From NCBI GenBank assembly GCA_964016885.1, contig OZ024740.1:183334001-183398000 (forward strand): a DNA stretch of 64,000 bases, written 5' to 3'. The first letter of the stretch is position 1; every line of letters starts with the position of its first letter. This DNA is from Eledone cirrhosa. Its lineage: Eukaryota. Under the pieces are notes generated by a model, which did no database searches, had not been told where the DNA came from, and saw only the letters and a list, made by a program, of their open reading frames with translations. Of this stretch, positions 49,971-63,997 are shown one piece after another. Both the position numbers and the translations under genes were made by a program.

Positions 49971-52900
49971 TGCTACTGCTCCTTAATGACTTATAGGTTA
50001 AAACAATCATATATCCAATTAAATTTCAAAGTAAGAATTATCGGTTATGAAAAAAAAAAGGGAAAAGATAATGTTTTTTTTTTGTTTGATTATATTTAAA
50101 TATTTTTATGTTTATATTTATGGGAGTGGTATCTATGGAGATTTATGGTGAATTCTTCTAAAACACAGTTCTTCATAACCTCAGGTGTTTAATCTGAGAA
50201 ATAATTTCTAGGTAGCTCATTACATTATTTCACTACTTCAATTGATCATGGCAGAGAGAGGAAAAATACGAATAAACAGAATTTAGATAAAAGTTTTGCT
50301 GATCAATTTAATACAATAATTGCTTGGCATGAATGTCATCAATTTTCACTGGACATATAGCATTTTAAATATTGTATGTACTTATATACACATTCATTAT
50401 GTATGTATTCATGTATAAATACATAAAGCCTAACCCAGATTGGGTTATACGTAGTGTTCTTGAGCAAGACACTATTTCCCATTGCTCCAGTTTACTTAGC
50501 TATAGAAATGTGTTGTGACATCACTGGTACCAAGCTGTATTGGCTTTTTCTTTTCTCTTGGACAGAATTGATGGTGAAGTGATGGGAGACCAGTATGCAT
50601 GGGTGACTAATGGTCTTTCACAAAACAACTTTGCTGAAACTTGTTTTGATGCAAATCCTATGGTCACCAATGACCAAAGTGTTTGTTTACCCTTTCCGAC
50701 GCACATAAACCATCAAGTTGGCAGAATCAGTTGTTTGGTCATGGGATTACGTTTTGTGACATTTCTTTTAAATCTCTACACTCTAGGTTCAAATCCCACC
50801 AAGGTCAACTTTTTCGTCTTTCACCCTTTTGGCTATTGACAAATAAAATTAAGTGGTGAATTAGCAACATTGTTAAATCATTGAACTGGATACATTGAAC
50901 TGGATACATTGAATTAGAATCTGTTCTCGTTGAGTACATTCTTCAGAGTTCAAATTATGCCTCCTCTCTCAAGAAAAATGGTGAAATGGTATGACTGAAA
51001 CCCCTAGTAGATAGCTTTTTAAATTTTGTATGCATTAATATGTGAATATGATATGTAGTTAAGATTGCAAATGGGCACAGTCATTAGAGTGGAATTACAT
51101 GCCTTGTGGTATTTGTTTCAACTCACTGTATTCTGAGTACAAATCCTGCTGAGATTAACATTATTGTTCATCCGTTGCAGTACAAATTGTAACTCTATGT
51201 TCAAATGATGCTTTTTGTTGCTGGAAAAATGGTAACAAGATAGAGTCGGTACCCAATCATTAAAACACCCAAGAGCACTCCTGTGACATGCAGACCCAGA
51301 GAAGGCTAGCTAACCTTACATGGTGTAAACTGTAAAAACAGCAGCAATAACAAAAAGAAATATGTAGTGTTTTAACTATAGGTCACTCTGAGCAATAGAC
51401 CTATGACCAAATCCATTTCAATTGTGACCATACCATCTTTATTCTGTGTGCAGGAAACACAGAATCACATCATTATGCATGTCTTGTTATGAAAATGGGA
51501 TGTGATTTAAAGTTCATTTGGCTGCTATTTCTAGCAAATGAAGCAATCCATCATTTGCTAGAATAAAGTATGTGAGAAGCTGATTTGATTAACTTAAGTG
51601 CAAAGCCCATTCATAATCTGTTTAAACCTTCCTGTGAGTGCATTGAGCTCATAAGTAACTACATATCTCTCCTTTCTATGAGACTAAGACTATTTGTGAG
51701 AAGAAAAAAAACAATCAATAAATTAACTCTTAAAGCATCTCCCCAGTTAATCACAATGTGAAAAAGAAAATATTTGATCTGAGGTAAGAAAATAGAATAT
51801 ACTTATATGATTGTGCATATGTGTGTGCTTGTTTCTGTTTGTTTTTATTTACACTAGTCTGAAAGAAAAGGCATTGTTTATATGTGCTTTTATATCCTGT
51901 AACTTAGTTATTTGACAAATTGATATTGAGAAAATAAGTACCAGAATGAAATAATTGCTGAGGTCAATATGATCAATTAAAATCTAACTAGAAATAGAAA
52001 AGAATTAAAGAACATACATAAGTATTTATAAATTTCTCTGTATGTATGTGAATATAGTAACTCAAACTGTTATCGAAGCTCTTGTTTCATCTGACAATCT
52101 GTCAATGATTCATGGCAATCATTTGAATGTTGATAGGATTTACTTTGTAATTAATGAATTTGTCTGAAGTTTAATCAGTGAAATTTCTCATTGGATATTT
52201 GAAACTATTTTCTTTTTCATCTTTTCATTTCATTTTTTTGGGATCCCTTTAATACTGTTTTGTTTTTGTATAAACAGCTTAGTTACCATTGTAAATATAA
52301 TTGAGAATGTTTCCATTATGTCTTTCTTAAATTTAAATATAATATTTCCTCTTTCTTTTAAAAAGCTCAATGAAAATTTAGTCTCTCTCTACGAAGAAAT
52401 AAGTTGTGATGGTTTTTATTGATTAGAGTAGAAATGGCATGGTAGATAAGAGAACATTTAAATAAAGTAGTTTATACACTTCTTTCTCATTGTTATTTGT
52501 TTTAGTTAACATTAATTAATTGCTCTATTGTTTTACTGCTTCATTAGAGAAGGGAGGGAATCACCCATGACCCATATTTGGTTTAGAGCCTTCAAGACTC
52601 GTGGATGGAAATTATCCTAAAATCATAATCCTGGTTTGAATGCTTGCAAAAGAGTTAGCTTCAATAAAGACACCCATTGGTCAGGTAGCTGTGTTTTATA
52701 GATAAAATCTACTGCTCAAGATATATTTCCCAGAGGAAGTTTGAAAGTGCAGAACAGTGTCCGTATGAGCAGTAATAAAATTAGTTGTTATGTTGCTTGA
52801 ATTAACAAGATTCAAAGTCGTATTTGAGGAAGCTTGTGTACCTGATAAATCAATTTTTTTAGTATTTATAATGATGCAATATGCGAATTACTTTTCCAAC

Positions 52901-53852
52901 ATTTGTTTGAGGTAAAAAATATCATTTTTCAACAGATACACATCAAGCTTTAGTTTCTTTGCCTTTGCCCTTCAATATATTTTGAAATAGACACAAAATG
53001 ATTGAATGTTAAAGAAGCTTGTTTTGCCATCACAAAGTTTTAGATTTAATCCATCTCTGGTGTTTGTTTATCCAATCTTGAGTGAACCACAGATTTGTGA
53101 GCAAACATGTGTAGACAGAAACTGTTAAGAAGCTAGTTGAAAGGAGTGTAAAAGCATGTCAATTATCCAACCTTGTCATATGCTGTATTATACTGGTTCT
53201 GACTGAGAATTACAGTAAAGACATATGTGTCTATGGAATACTCAACTTCTTATATGCTAATCCAATAAGTAGATAGTTGAACTAATGATACAACTGAATG
53301 CTTTATACTAAATATTATGTTACCATATTTCTAATGAAATACACTGCCTATGTGTATCTATGAATTTTGAAAATTTGAAATATATAATGGGATTACTACG
53401 ATTTTCCTTAGTAAGTAGATACTTGAAACCTTACTTTAAAAAATTCTCTTAAATAAAATTATGATGGAAGGTATTAATATAAGTATGAACTTTTTAAAAT
53501 GGCAACTTTTAGATGGATTGGTATCAAAGGGGTTAACATTGAATGAGATCTATTTACAGTGAGTATATGTCTGTGAAACATACATATACACCAGGTCCAA
53601 ACACAAAGGAACCAAACTCTCACCATCACTACCGCTGCCTCTCCTGCTCTCCCCATCTATTATGAACAAATGGTGGTCCTCACACTGGCTGCCCTGGCAG
53701 ACGGAATAGAGAAGGCATGGTGAGGGAGACACACTGGAACAGCCAAAGTATATTGTGACCTTTGTTGACAGTGGTGATATTGGAACATAACTTGTTTAAC
53801 TGGTAGAATTTGTGATGAGTTGGTAAATGTTTGTTTATTAATAAAATCCAGT

Positions 53853-54125
53853 CAGGGGCAGATTAAGTCCTTTTGATGCCATAAACACTTAAAGTCTCTG
53901 AAAATGAAAAGTTGAGAGGGGAAATGAGAAATACATTAAATATGGTGCCCTTCTTCCTTTTATTGATACAGAACAATCCGATGAATATCTCAGGAAGTTA
54001 ATGTTGGATTGTGTGAGAAAGGGTTTATCATGTCAGCCAAAGAAGTAGATGAATTCAGTAGTAGTACTACTTCCTCTGATCCCTAAGAATGGGGTTATTT
54101 TAGCTTAATGGTTAATCCAGCCCTA
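53853..54125. mobile_element. Degenerate hAT-like MITE
   Basis: CAGGGGCAGATTAA / TTAATCCAGCCCTA imperfect TIRs resembling those at 2392-2736; no clear TSD. Confidence 0.4.
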
Positions 54126-54596
54126 GTTCTAACTATATTACACTTGGTATTAATGTTATATATTTCCTTTCTTATATATTTTTGGTGAGGCAGTGGATTA
54201 TCTATTTGTTTGATAGAGTAATTTGCTGTGGCTATTCATAACAGTGGTTACATTTCCATGCCTTGGTTGTCACATGTTATGACCTTACTGAATGATTTTC
54301 TTATTTGACAATAAGTCATTAATGTTATTTTATTTTATGTCTATTTCCATTTATATTTTACTCAGTATGTGATTCAATTTCAAGTTAAAATGAATCATTT
54401 GGCTCTCAGATGTTTTGGAAGAGGTTGTGTGAATTGCATATCAAATTGTGTGTGACATCCATAAAGTTTGCTGTTGACAGGTTCACTTTAACTGTCATTT
54501 CTCAACAAATGCACTGAAATGTTGATGGAATTCATTTCTCTGAGAGTATGAGCTGTGCATCTACTCTGCTGTTTCAATATCATTGGCCTATCATAT

Positions 54597-57360
54597 ATCA
54601 TCATCATCATCATTGTTTAACGTCCATCTTCCACGCTTGCATGGGTTTGGACGGGAATTTTCCCACTTGAGGCAAGATTGGTTGTCCTGCTCGTATAGGA
54701 CTGTCTGGCGGGTTTTCTAGGGCTGGGTGCTCTTCCTAACACCAACCACATTTACAGTGTGGGGCTGGGAGGTTTTTACCGTGTTCCTACATGGCCACAT
54801 TACAGCGTGGACTGTGTGTTTTTTCGTCATGACACCTACACGACCTCATTTGTTTCGGACTGGATGTTGTGGTACCAACATAACTTTACATTTAAGGGGT
54901 GGTGTGGATGGGTGGGGGTAGTGGGACAGGGGTGTATTTTTGTTAGAGGTGCCTACTGACTGTAGGTTTCGCTTTGTACTTAGACAAGGCGGGTCTTCTG
55001 TATTACTGTGTATCGCCAAAGATCTCGGTCCAGTGACATTGTCTTGGAGAGGTGTAAGTGTGTGAGGTTGGAATTTATCAAGTTGTCCCAGGTTTTTCTG
55101 GGTCTGCCTACTCTGTTGCTACCGTCTATTTTTATCGCCCTGCACTTTTTTATACAGCTGTTGTCTTTCATGCGTATCACGTGACCATAGCTGTTGTCTT
55201 TCATGCGTATCACGTGACCATAGCTGTTGTCTTTCATGCGTATCACGTGACCATACCAACGTAGTCTTCGCTTGAGTAAACAACATCTAATCCCTCTTAT
55301 TCCTAATTTCTCCCTTAGTTTGTTTATGCTTTGCCGTTCACGTATATTACTATTACACATCCAGTGGAGCATGCAAGCTTCGTTCCTCTCCAGTCTGCGT
55401 ATATCCTCTGCACACAATGCCCAGGTCTCACTGCCATGTAACATTGCTGTTTGTATGCAGGCATCATACAACCTGCCTTTCATTTTTAGAGAGAACCCTT
55501 TAGCGGCCAATAGTGGTATAAGCTCTCTGAACTTTTTCCATCCGTTCTGACTCTAGCTACTGTACTTTCAGAGCACCCTCTCCCACTGCTGATTTTGTCA
55601 CCCAGGGAACGGAAGGTGTCCACTATTTCTATAGAACCATCTGTGCAATGGAATGAGCTAGTATTCTGTGGGCACTTGCTGCTACTTATTGTACCAGAGC
55701 ACTGGCCACATATAAAATCTATATTCTTAGTAAGCTTACTTGTGATCCCACTACATCTTTTATGCACCCATACTTTGCATTTGGGACATAAAATGGAGTT
55801 TCTGCCTACTCCTTTCCTACACACTGAGCATGGCCATTTCCCAGATGGGTCCGGTGCCCTATTTTCTTTCCTACAAACTAGAACTTTAGTCTTAGACAAG
55901 TTAACTTTAAAGCCTATTGATTCTAGGCCATGCTTCCATGTTTGGAATTTCTTCTGTAGTTCAGCCATTGATTCAACTATGAGCGTTAGATCATCTGCAT
56001 ATAGGAGTTCCCATGGGCAGCCGGTCTTGAACTCCTCTGTTATAGTCTGAAGGGCAATAATAAATAGTAGGGGGCTAAGAATGGAGCCCTGATGAACACC
56101 AACTTTTACGCTAAAATCTTCACTATATTCGTTGTTAATTCTAACCTTGCTGACAGTTTCTTTATACATGGCTTGTATAGCTCTCACAAGCCATTCATCA
56201 ACACCTAGTTTTCTAAGAGCCCACCAGATAATGGAGCTGGGGACTCTGTCAAAGGCTTTCTCCAAGTCAACAAAAGCTAAGTGAAGGGGTTTACTTTTAG
56301 CTAGGTACTTCTCCTGTAGTTGTCGTACAATGAAAAGAGCGTCTGTGGAACTTTTACCTGACACAAACCTAAACTGCATTTCATCTATATCAATTTGCTC
56401 TCTGATTAGTTGCGCTATTACTTTTTCTGTGACCTTGATGAACTGGTCAATTAATTTAATGCCTCTAAAGTTACCACTATCTAGGGCATCTCCTTTACCC
56501 TTGTAGCAGTTAATGATGATGCTGCTACGCCAGTCTTTTGGTATGACCCCATTCTGTATAACTTGGTTTACTATCCGGGTGACCATAGTGTGTCCCACCG
56601 TTCCAGATGCTTTCAGCATTTCAGCAACTATTTCCGAAGGCCCAGCCGCCTCACCCGTCTTCATATCTTTGATAGCCTTACTTATTATACTACCTTCACC
56701 TAGCACTGCTGGTCCCTCTATTGGATCGATGTGGGGGAGACTGTCTTTCTCCCATTTATTCTCCTCATTTAGTAGCCTTTCGTAGTGGCACTTCCAAGCT
56801 ACCTTCTTATCAGCGCCAGTGATGGCAAGTACACCATCATCATTAAGAATACACTTCTCCCGAACAATATCAGTGTTTTTCTTGACACATTGCCTAGCAA
56901 TCCTGAACACCTCACGTTTTCGGTCCTCGCATTATAGAACATGCTTGAACTTTCTTTCCTCTGCTTCCCTTCTTGCGAAGTACACTTGTCTCCTACATTC
57001 CCCCCTGGCCACTTGATAGTCTTCTCTACTTCCCCCATCCCGCCATATGTTCCAAGCCTGCTTTTTGGCCTTAGTTGACTCCTCCACCTTACTCTTCCAC
57101 CACCACATTACTCTCCTCCTGCCTATAGGCCTGCTCCAGCCACAGACATCATCTGCCGCCTTCAGCAGGTTAGCTTTCAGGAATCCCCACTGTTCCTCTA
57201 TATTGTACGACTCTAATTGCTCTTCTTTACTGTCAAAAGCATCAAGTAATTTGTTTTTAAATTTGTTACTGGCTGTGGGGTCCTTTAGCTTCCATATTTT
57301 TCTCCTGAGGATAGTCCTCCTCTGTTGTCGAGTCCGTCTTGTCCTGACTATGAGGTCGCT
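54597..57360 (-). mobile_element. 5'-truncated RTE LINE with long 3' UTR and (GAT)n tail
   Basis: ORF 55486..56910 (NFRGIKL, AFVDLEKAFDRVP, GVHQGSILSP, LLYADDL, Cys-rich insert) and frameshifted 54980..55510. Confidence 0.93.
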
Positions 57361-58009
57361 GAATTTAATAGATAGAAGTCAGATATTTTGAAAAGGAGCA
57401 CAATGTTTGGTGAAAAATGTGATCTGAACATCAAACACTAACATTTAGAAATGATTGAGGATACAAGTTTGGCTGTGTGGGTAAGGTATTCACTTTATAG
57501 CCATAGAGCATCAGGTTCTATCCCACTGCATGGCATCTTAAATAAATGTTTTCTATTATAGTCCCAGAATGACCAATAACTTGGGAGTGAATTTAATAGT
57601 TTCAATCGGTACAATCTGTTGTATGTGTATGTGCATGTGTGTGCATGTATATGTTTATCTCCCTCTCTTTGTTTCACATTTGACACCACTAGTACTGATG
57701 GTAATATTTCTTTGTCTTGCATAAACAAAATTGCAGTGGCAATGGTTTGCTGAGTGAAGATCAGTAACATATTACAAAAAAATAAAATAAAAATAAAATA
57801 AACCCAAAAGCATGTGCAGCTTGACATTAGGAAGAGCACTGACCATATTATACTGCTTGAAAAAAATCTCATCCAACCTAAGCTAGAATGGAAAATTTTA
57901 ACATAAAATTGATGATGAGGAAGATAATAACGAAGACAGATTTCTGAAGGAAATTCCCAACTTCTTCTTACACTAGAAAAACCAATAAAGGAAATAACAT
58001 TAATAACAG

Positions 58010-58036
58010 ATGCAGCAGCAGTACTAGTAGCAGCAA

Positions 58037-58096
<60 letters not shown>

Positions 58097-58165
58097 CAGC
58101 AGCAGTAATAGAACTAGTAGTAGTAGTAGCAGCAGCACAGCAGTAGTAGTAGTAATAGTAGTAGT

Positions 58166-58245
<80 letters not shown>

Positions 58246-58281
58246 CAGCAGCAGCAGTAATAGTAGTAGCAGTAGTAGCAA

Positions 58282-58314
<33 letters not shown>

Positions 58315-58318
58315 TAGT

Positions 58319-58349
<31 letters not shown>

Positions 58350-58391
58350 GCAGCAATAACAGCAGCAACATCAGCAGCAGCAACAGCAGCA
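58010..58391. repeat. Compound (AGT)n/(AGC)n trinucleotide repeat
   Basis: Direct reading. Confidence 0.95.
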
Positions 58392-59317
58392 CAAACACTT
58401 GTAAATTCACTTATTGAAGATGAAGAATTAAGACTATAATTGAGACAGTAAGGAATAGTAACTGAGAGGGGGGAGGGTAAGAAAGTGAGAGAGGGTGAAG
58501 AAAGAGAGAGAGGGAGAAGAAAGAGAAAGAGTGGGGAGAGGGGAAAGGGGTTTTAAATATATAAAACTAATGCTGATATATTTCGACAAGCCTCGTCCAT
58601 TGAAAATGTTGTTGAGAATAAAATGAGCTGCAGAAATTAGAATAAAAGCTATTTGTGCTATAAAAGGTCATTTATGATATTAATTTGCAAATCAATATTC
58701 ATTAAATGAGATTGAGAGATACTAAGTTTCTTGATTAAAAAAAATACAAAAATAAGAGATATATCTTGCAAAAAAATAAATCAATGAAATAAAATAAAAG
58801 AAAACGTTACATATTTAAAAAAAAGTACAAAAACTGCAACACAAGTTTCAAGGAAGTGCTTATCTTCCTAACAAGTATAAATAGAATAAAACTTGACAAA
58901 TTGAACTTAGAATAATAATAATAAAAATAAAAATAATGAAATATAATTGTTATTAAAAAAAATATAGAAACAACAATAAAAATATGACTAAGTAAGAAAA
59001 AATTGAAGTAATTAGAATGCTGAATATAAAGTTGTAGTGACAAAATTGCTATAAAATGTTATCAAAATCATAATTATCTTCAATTATATGTAATTTGAAA
59101 CTTTTAATCTTTTACTAAGAGAAAACAAAATAACATAATTTGTAACTTAAATATAGCATATAGAAGTTTTTATACAATACTTTAAAATATTGCAAAAAGA
59201 CTACTGAGAATATTATCAAACCAAACAATAATTGTTAGTGTTATTATTATTACTATTTTTATTGTTACTATTTATATTGTTATTATTATTATTTTTATTA
59301 TTATTATTTATATTAAT

Positions 59318-59508
59318 GGCGGCGGATTGGCAGTATTGGTAGAGGGTCGGACGCCATGCTTTCCAGCATAGTTACGTCCCTTTACCATCTGAGTTCAAAT
59401 CCCGCCGAGGTTGATTTTGCCTTTCATCCTTACAGGGTCGATAAAATAAAGTACCAGTAATGCACTGGGTAATTTCTGGCCTTGTGCCTAAAGTAGAAAC
59501 AATTATTA
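59318..59508 (+). mobile_element. MetaSINE-like SINE within a (TTA)n tract
   Basis: A and B boxes plus GCCTTTCATCCTTACAGGGTCGATAAAATAAAGTACCAG core. Confidence 0.88.
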
Positions 59509-60226
59509 CTATTTATATTGTTATTATTTTTTTTATTCATAATAATATTTAAAATAAAACAGCATTATTTATAATTAAACATTTCGAAATCATCTTTTAT
59601 AATTTTCATTTTTGAGACTATGTGTCGATCAGACATTAACATTTCTTGTAAATTAAACCTCAATTACAATAAAACAAAAAAAGACAACAACAACAAAAAC
59701 AAAGAAGACAAAAGCTGTACAAAATCTATGCAAAGGTCAATAGTAATACTGATGAACGGCAACAATGTAGGGTTGAAAAAACATAATGACATTTCTAGTA
59801 CTGGTGTAATGATAAAATACACTGTAAGGTGGTAGTGATGGTGTCACAATAAAATGCCCATAAAATACTTCACAAATTGGGTGATGTTAGGAAAAGCATT
59901 GAGTCATAGAAACCATCCTCCAAATGACTTTGATCATGAAAAGGAGGGATCAGAGGATGAAGTTAGCAGGAAGCTCTCTAAGACAGCTAGAGGAAGAGGC
60001 ATCAAAAGTGGTTCTCTGGAAACTGCCATTCAGGCAATGAATTATTGGTGTTAGGGTAATAACATACATCGATACCGTGCTGAAAGACACTATCCATCAT
60101 TGCTGTGCTGTGCTAAATTTATCTACATTGGTAGATAAATTTAGCACAGCCTTGATGGACAGGGAAGACAAGATATGACAAACTGATTTGATGCAATGGG
60201 AGCTTGGCTGAAGTGAAGAATTGAAA

Positions 60227-60260
<34 letters not shown>

Positions 60261-60261
60261 T

Positions 60262-60975
60262 ATTTATAATTTGCTTTTTAATTTATTTTGCAAGATTTCC
60301 TATCTGAAAACGCATGTTGAAACATATATTGCCAATAAAAAGACACAGACAAGATGCAATGTTCAGGCAAATCACAGAGGCAACAATTATTCAACTGCAA
60401 CCAAAATTAAACTGAAAACATGAGTGGAATAACAACATCACAACTAGTAAGTGAAGACAAAATGAAGACATACAGGCACACAAGAACCAAACTAACAAAA
60501 CAACTCAGACACACTCAGAACAAAAAAAACAACCAGTGACAAATAGATAAACACATAAATAAATAAAAACACAAACACACACCCGGATGTAACACATGCA
60601 CAAACTAAGGAGACACAAAACAAGATGGTGTAGGACAAAACAAGGGACACACAAAAAAAAAAAATAGTCACTGAGGAGGTCACAGAATTTGTGACAAAAG
60701 AGCTTTGACAATATATAAACAACCTTCTTGTTATAGAACCAACAAACCAGCCGGAAATTTATAATAAATTGAAGTGAAAACTAGCATGACCCTCCGAAAT
60801 TAGAACTATATATATATATATATATGAACATTTTCAGGACCTTGATGGCTGAGCTCCGGCCATTTCAACAGCTAGATCCAAACTGTATCGAGTACACTGG
60901 TGTGTTATGATTGAAGTGGAAGCCAACAGGTGTGTGTATTTTTATTGGAAACATGACCCTCCCAAATTATAACTA
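60262..60975. mobile_element. Diverged family A HHR element plus a second family A 3' fragment
   Basis: 60270-60330 matches 7240-7285 (inverted terminus); decayed HHR GUCA-CUGAGGA-GGUCAC..GUGAC-AAAA-GAGC-UU-UGAC at 60667-60709; CATGACCCTCC terminus before (TA)n at about 60790 and 60955. Confidence 0.75.
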
Positions 60976-61436
60976 TATATCTCTATATATATATATGTGA
61001 CTATATATATGTGATATATATATATTGTGACTTACGCATGTATGTTTACTATGCTCTGCGTCACTCGCAAAGTTGGTTACAGAGCAGAATTACCTGTTGA
61101 TGATGTGATATTCCTTGTTCGATCTTTATGCTGAAAGCTTATAGTTTTAAGCAGACAGTATTATTGATTTAGGTGTCATAGAAACCCTGCATTTGGATTT
61201 TACCACCAGTTCCATTTGGGTCCAGGTTTTTATCATTTATTTTGTTTGACCTGTTTAGCTTGATTTGTTTTTTGGCTTAAGTGGTTAATGCCTTCTTAAC
61301 CACTTTTTCAGTTTGTATGGCGGTTTAACATTGTTTAGCTCTGGTTTTTTAACTATTGAGCGCTTCCCCGCATTTCTACGATTTTGCGTTTCGTTTCGCT
61401 TTTTCTACCAGCCGAAATATGATTCTCGCTGAATTA

Positions 61437-61478
<42 letters not shown>

Positions 61479-62154
61479 CATATAGGCAAATGATGCTGAC
61501 ATTGTGGAAAGAATTATAAAGTCGGTGCTCTTTTAACAATATTTATTCTCTTATTAGTTTAGAAGCACTTCCTTGTCACTACCATATATGCAATCATCAT
61601 AAAAAATAATAATAAAAAGAAATATAAAAAGAAAACAAAGAATAGGCTATATACAGTATATAAGAAAAATATGAAGAGAGGAGACTGAAAATGAAATATC
61701 TTGGTTATGGGCTACATTACAGAATCAGTAACATAAAACTAACCACAAATTATTTAGATATCAAACCATGACCCAATCAAAGTGCTTTGTAATTAAGTAA
61801 TAAAATTATCCATAATTACAATGGTTTGTTAGTATAACAGAAATAATGATTTTACTCAAATAATTTTTCTTTAAAAAGTAAAAAAAAAAAAACTTAAACT
61901 ATGAAGTTGATATCAAATTACATATATTGATTTTTCAGAGACAAAGTATTAGTGGTACTTTTTAATCACCTCATAGGAATCAAAATTAAGCTAGACATGG
62001 AAGAATTTGAGCAATTCGTAAGATAATGGTATCTAATTTTATTTTCTAGTTATGTTGTCTATTTTTTTTTTTTTAACTTTGTTGTTTAGTCCCTGTTTGA
62101 AACAAGTCAAGAATCAAGTCTACCTTTGACATGACTATATCTCAACTTATATAT

Positions 62155-62852
62155 ATCATCATCATCATCTTCGTTTAACGTCCACTTTCCAAGCTATCAT
62201 GGGTTAGAGGGGAGTTGTCCCACTTCAGGCAAAGTTGGTCGGCTGACCGTGTCTCGCTCATATAGGACTATCTGGCAGGTTTTCTACGGCTGGATGCCCT
62301 TCCTAACACCAACCACATTTACAGTGTGTAACTGGGAACTTTTTACCGTGTTACCTACACGGCCACATTACAGCGTGGACTGTGTGTTTTTTTCTCGTGA
62401 CAGCTACACAATCTCTATCTCATTTATCTCATTTATTTGGACTGGGTGTTGTGGTACCAACTTTATAGAGATAGGGTGGTGTTGGTGGGAGTGGGAGGGT
62501 AGGGGTAGTGGATTGGGGTGTATATTTGGTTAAGAGGTGCCTACTGACTGTAGGTTTCGCTTTGTACATAGGCAAGGCGTGTCTTCTGTATCACTGCGTA
62601 GCCCCAAAGATCTCGGTCCAGTGACATTGTCTTAGAGAGGTGCAAGTGTGTAAGGTCAGAATTTATCAGATCATCCCAGGTTTTTCTGGGTCTACCTACT
62701 CCGTAACTACCATCAATTTTGATCACCTTGCACTTTTTTATACAGCTGTCGTCTTTCATGTGCATCACGTGGCCATACCAATGTAGTCTTCTCTTGAGTA
62801 AACAGCATCTGATCCCTCTTATTCCTAATTTCTCACTTAGTTCATTTAGGCT
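62155..62852 (-). mobile_element. RTE LINE 3' fragment
   Basis: Closely similar to 54597-55330. Confidence 0.9.
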
Positions 62853-62854
62853 TT

Positions 62855-63997
62855 TCGTCTATAGCTCCCACATTTTTCAACATATTTCGTTCAAATTCGA
62901 AACTTCGGCTCCACCTCACACATAAATCAATTTATTTGGTTCAACTTTTTTACTACGATAGAACCTATTATTAGCTCCCACATTTTTCAACCGCTTTTGT
63001 TCAAATTCGAAACTTCGGCCCCACCTCACACATAGATCAATTTATTTGGTTCAACTTTTATACTATGATAGAACCTATCATTGCACATCTTTACACTTTG
63101 TATTTTTTGTTCAGAGTCGGCGTGGCAGCCGTTTAACTCTTCAAAATATGATTTTTTCCACCTCTTACATATTACATATGATTTCACTCAACATTTCGCC
63201 ATTTGCTACACCTTACGACCGATTTTCAAGAAACTCGCCAGCTCATGAATTTTCAACCAGGTTTTATTCCAACTTGGACTCCGTTCATCTCAGTTCACAC
63301 TATTGACATCTACTACAACCGGGTGTCAACAATAATTCTTTAACTTTTTAAGTCTGCAATAAATGGCTACTATGTACAATCCAGCTATACTGTTCTTTGC
63401 ATTAATCTCTTTCATGGGTGCTATTCCAGATGTGCTTAAACTACTCTTTAGATAATGCCTCCGAAGAAGAGTAACAAAATTGGTCGGAAAACTGCGCGAG
63501 GCAGAAGTATGACAAATAGACGAGCAAGTGCGCCACTACAAAATGCCAAAATAAGACGAACTAGAAATACAACGTCCACGGCCACTGCATGCGCTGCTGA
63601 AATGGAGGATTGGCACATCCGCAGACAGACAAGAGACGCTGTGTCGAAGGTCAGTCCACAAGCTTCTAAAAATGAGGGTCAGCGCGTTCACAGTCAAAGA
63701 AGAAATGCAATGTCGACAGCCAGTGCATGAGTTTCTGAAAATGAGAATTCATCGGTTTCCAATCAAGTAGCGTGAAGAAATTTGGTTTAGTATTAGAGGT
63801 CATTACCTCGCTCCCCCAGCATGCCCCTTCGTTAGTCACCGGCGCTTCTCAGCGATAGAGGCCATCACCACCCTCCCCCGCATAGCCTGTGTGTGGCCAT
63901 AGATGAGTCGTCGAGAAGCAGTCGCTAAGATCAACACCTTTTCATCAAAGCAGATATTATTTTACCTACCCAGGCAACGCTGGGTACTGCTGCTAGT
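62855..63997 (+). mobile_element. Internally deleted Helitron
   Basis: 3' hairpin CCCAG-GCAACG-CTGGG (63969-63984) then CTAG|T (63993-63997); 110-bp tandem duplication (62863, 62973); ORF 63455..63730 resembles a RepHel N-terminus. Confidence 0.75.
63455..63730 (+). pseudogene. Helitron RepHel-like N-terminal fragment
   Basis: MPPKKSNKIGRKT start and roughly 23-aa periodic RAS/AAE..RR repeats like those seen at animal RepHel N-termini; no Rep or helicase motifs follow. Confidence 0.55.

Noticed and set aside
58114-58410. Poly-Leu ORF (or poly-Gln/Ser on the + strand)
   Set aside because: Translation of an AGT/AGC microsatellite; no splice or coding context
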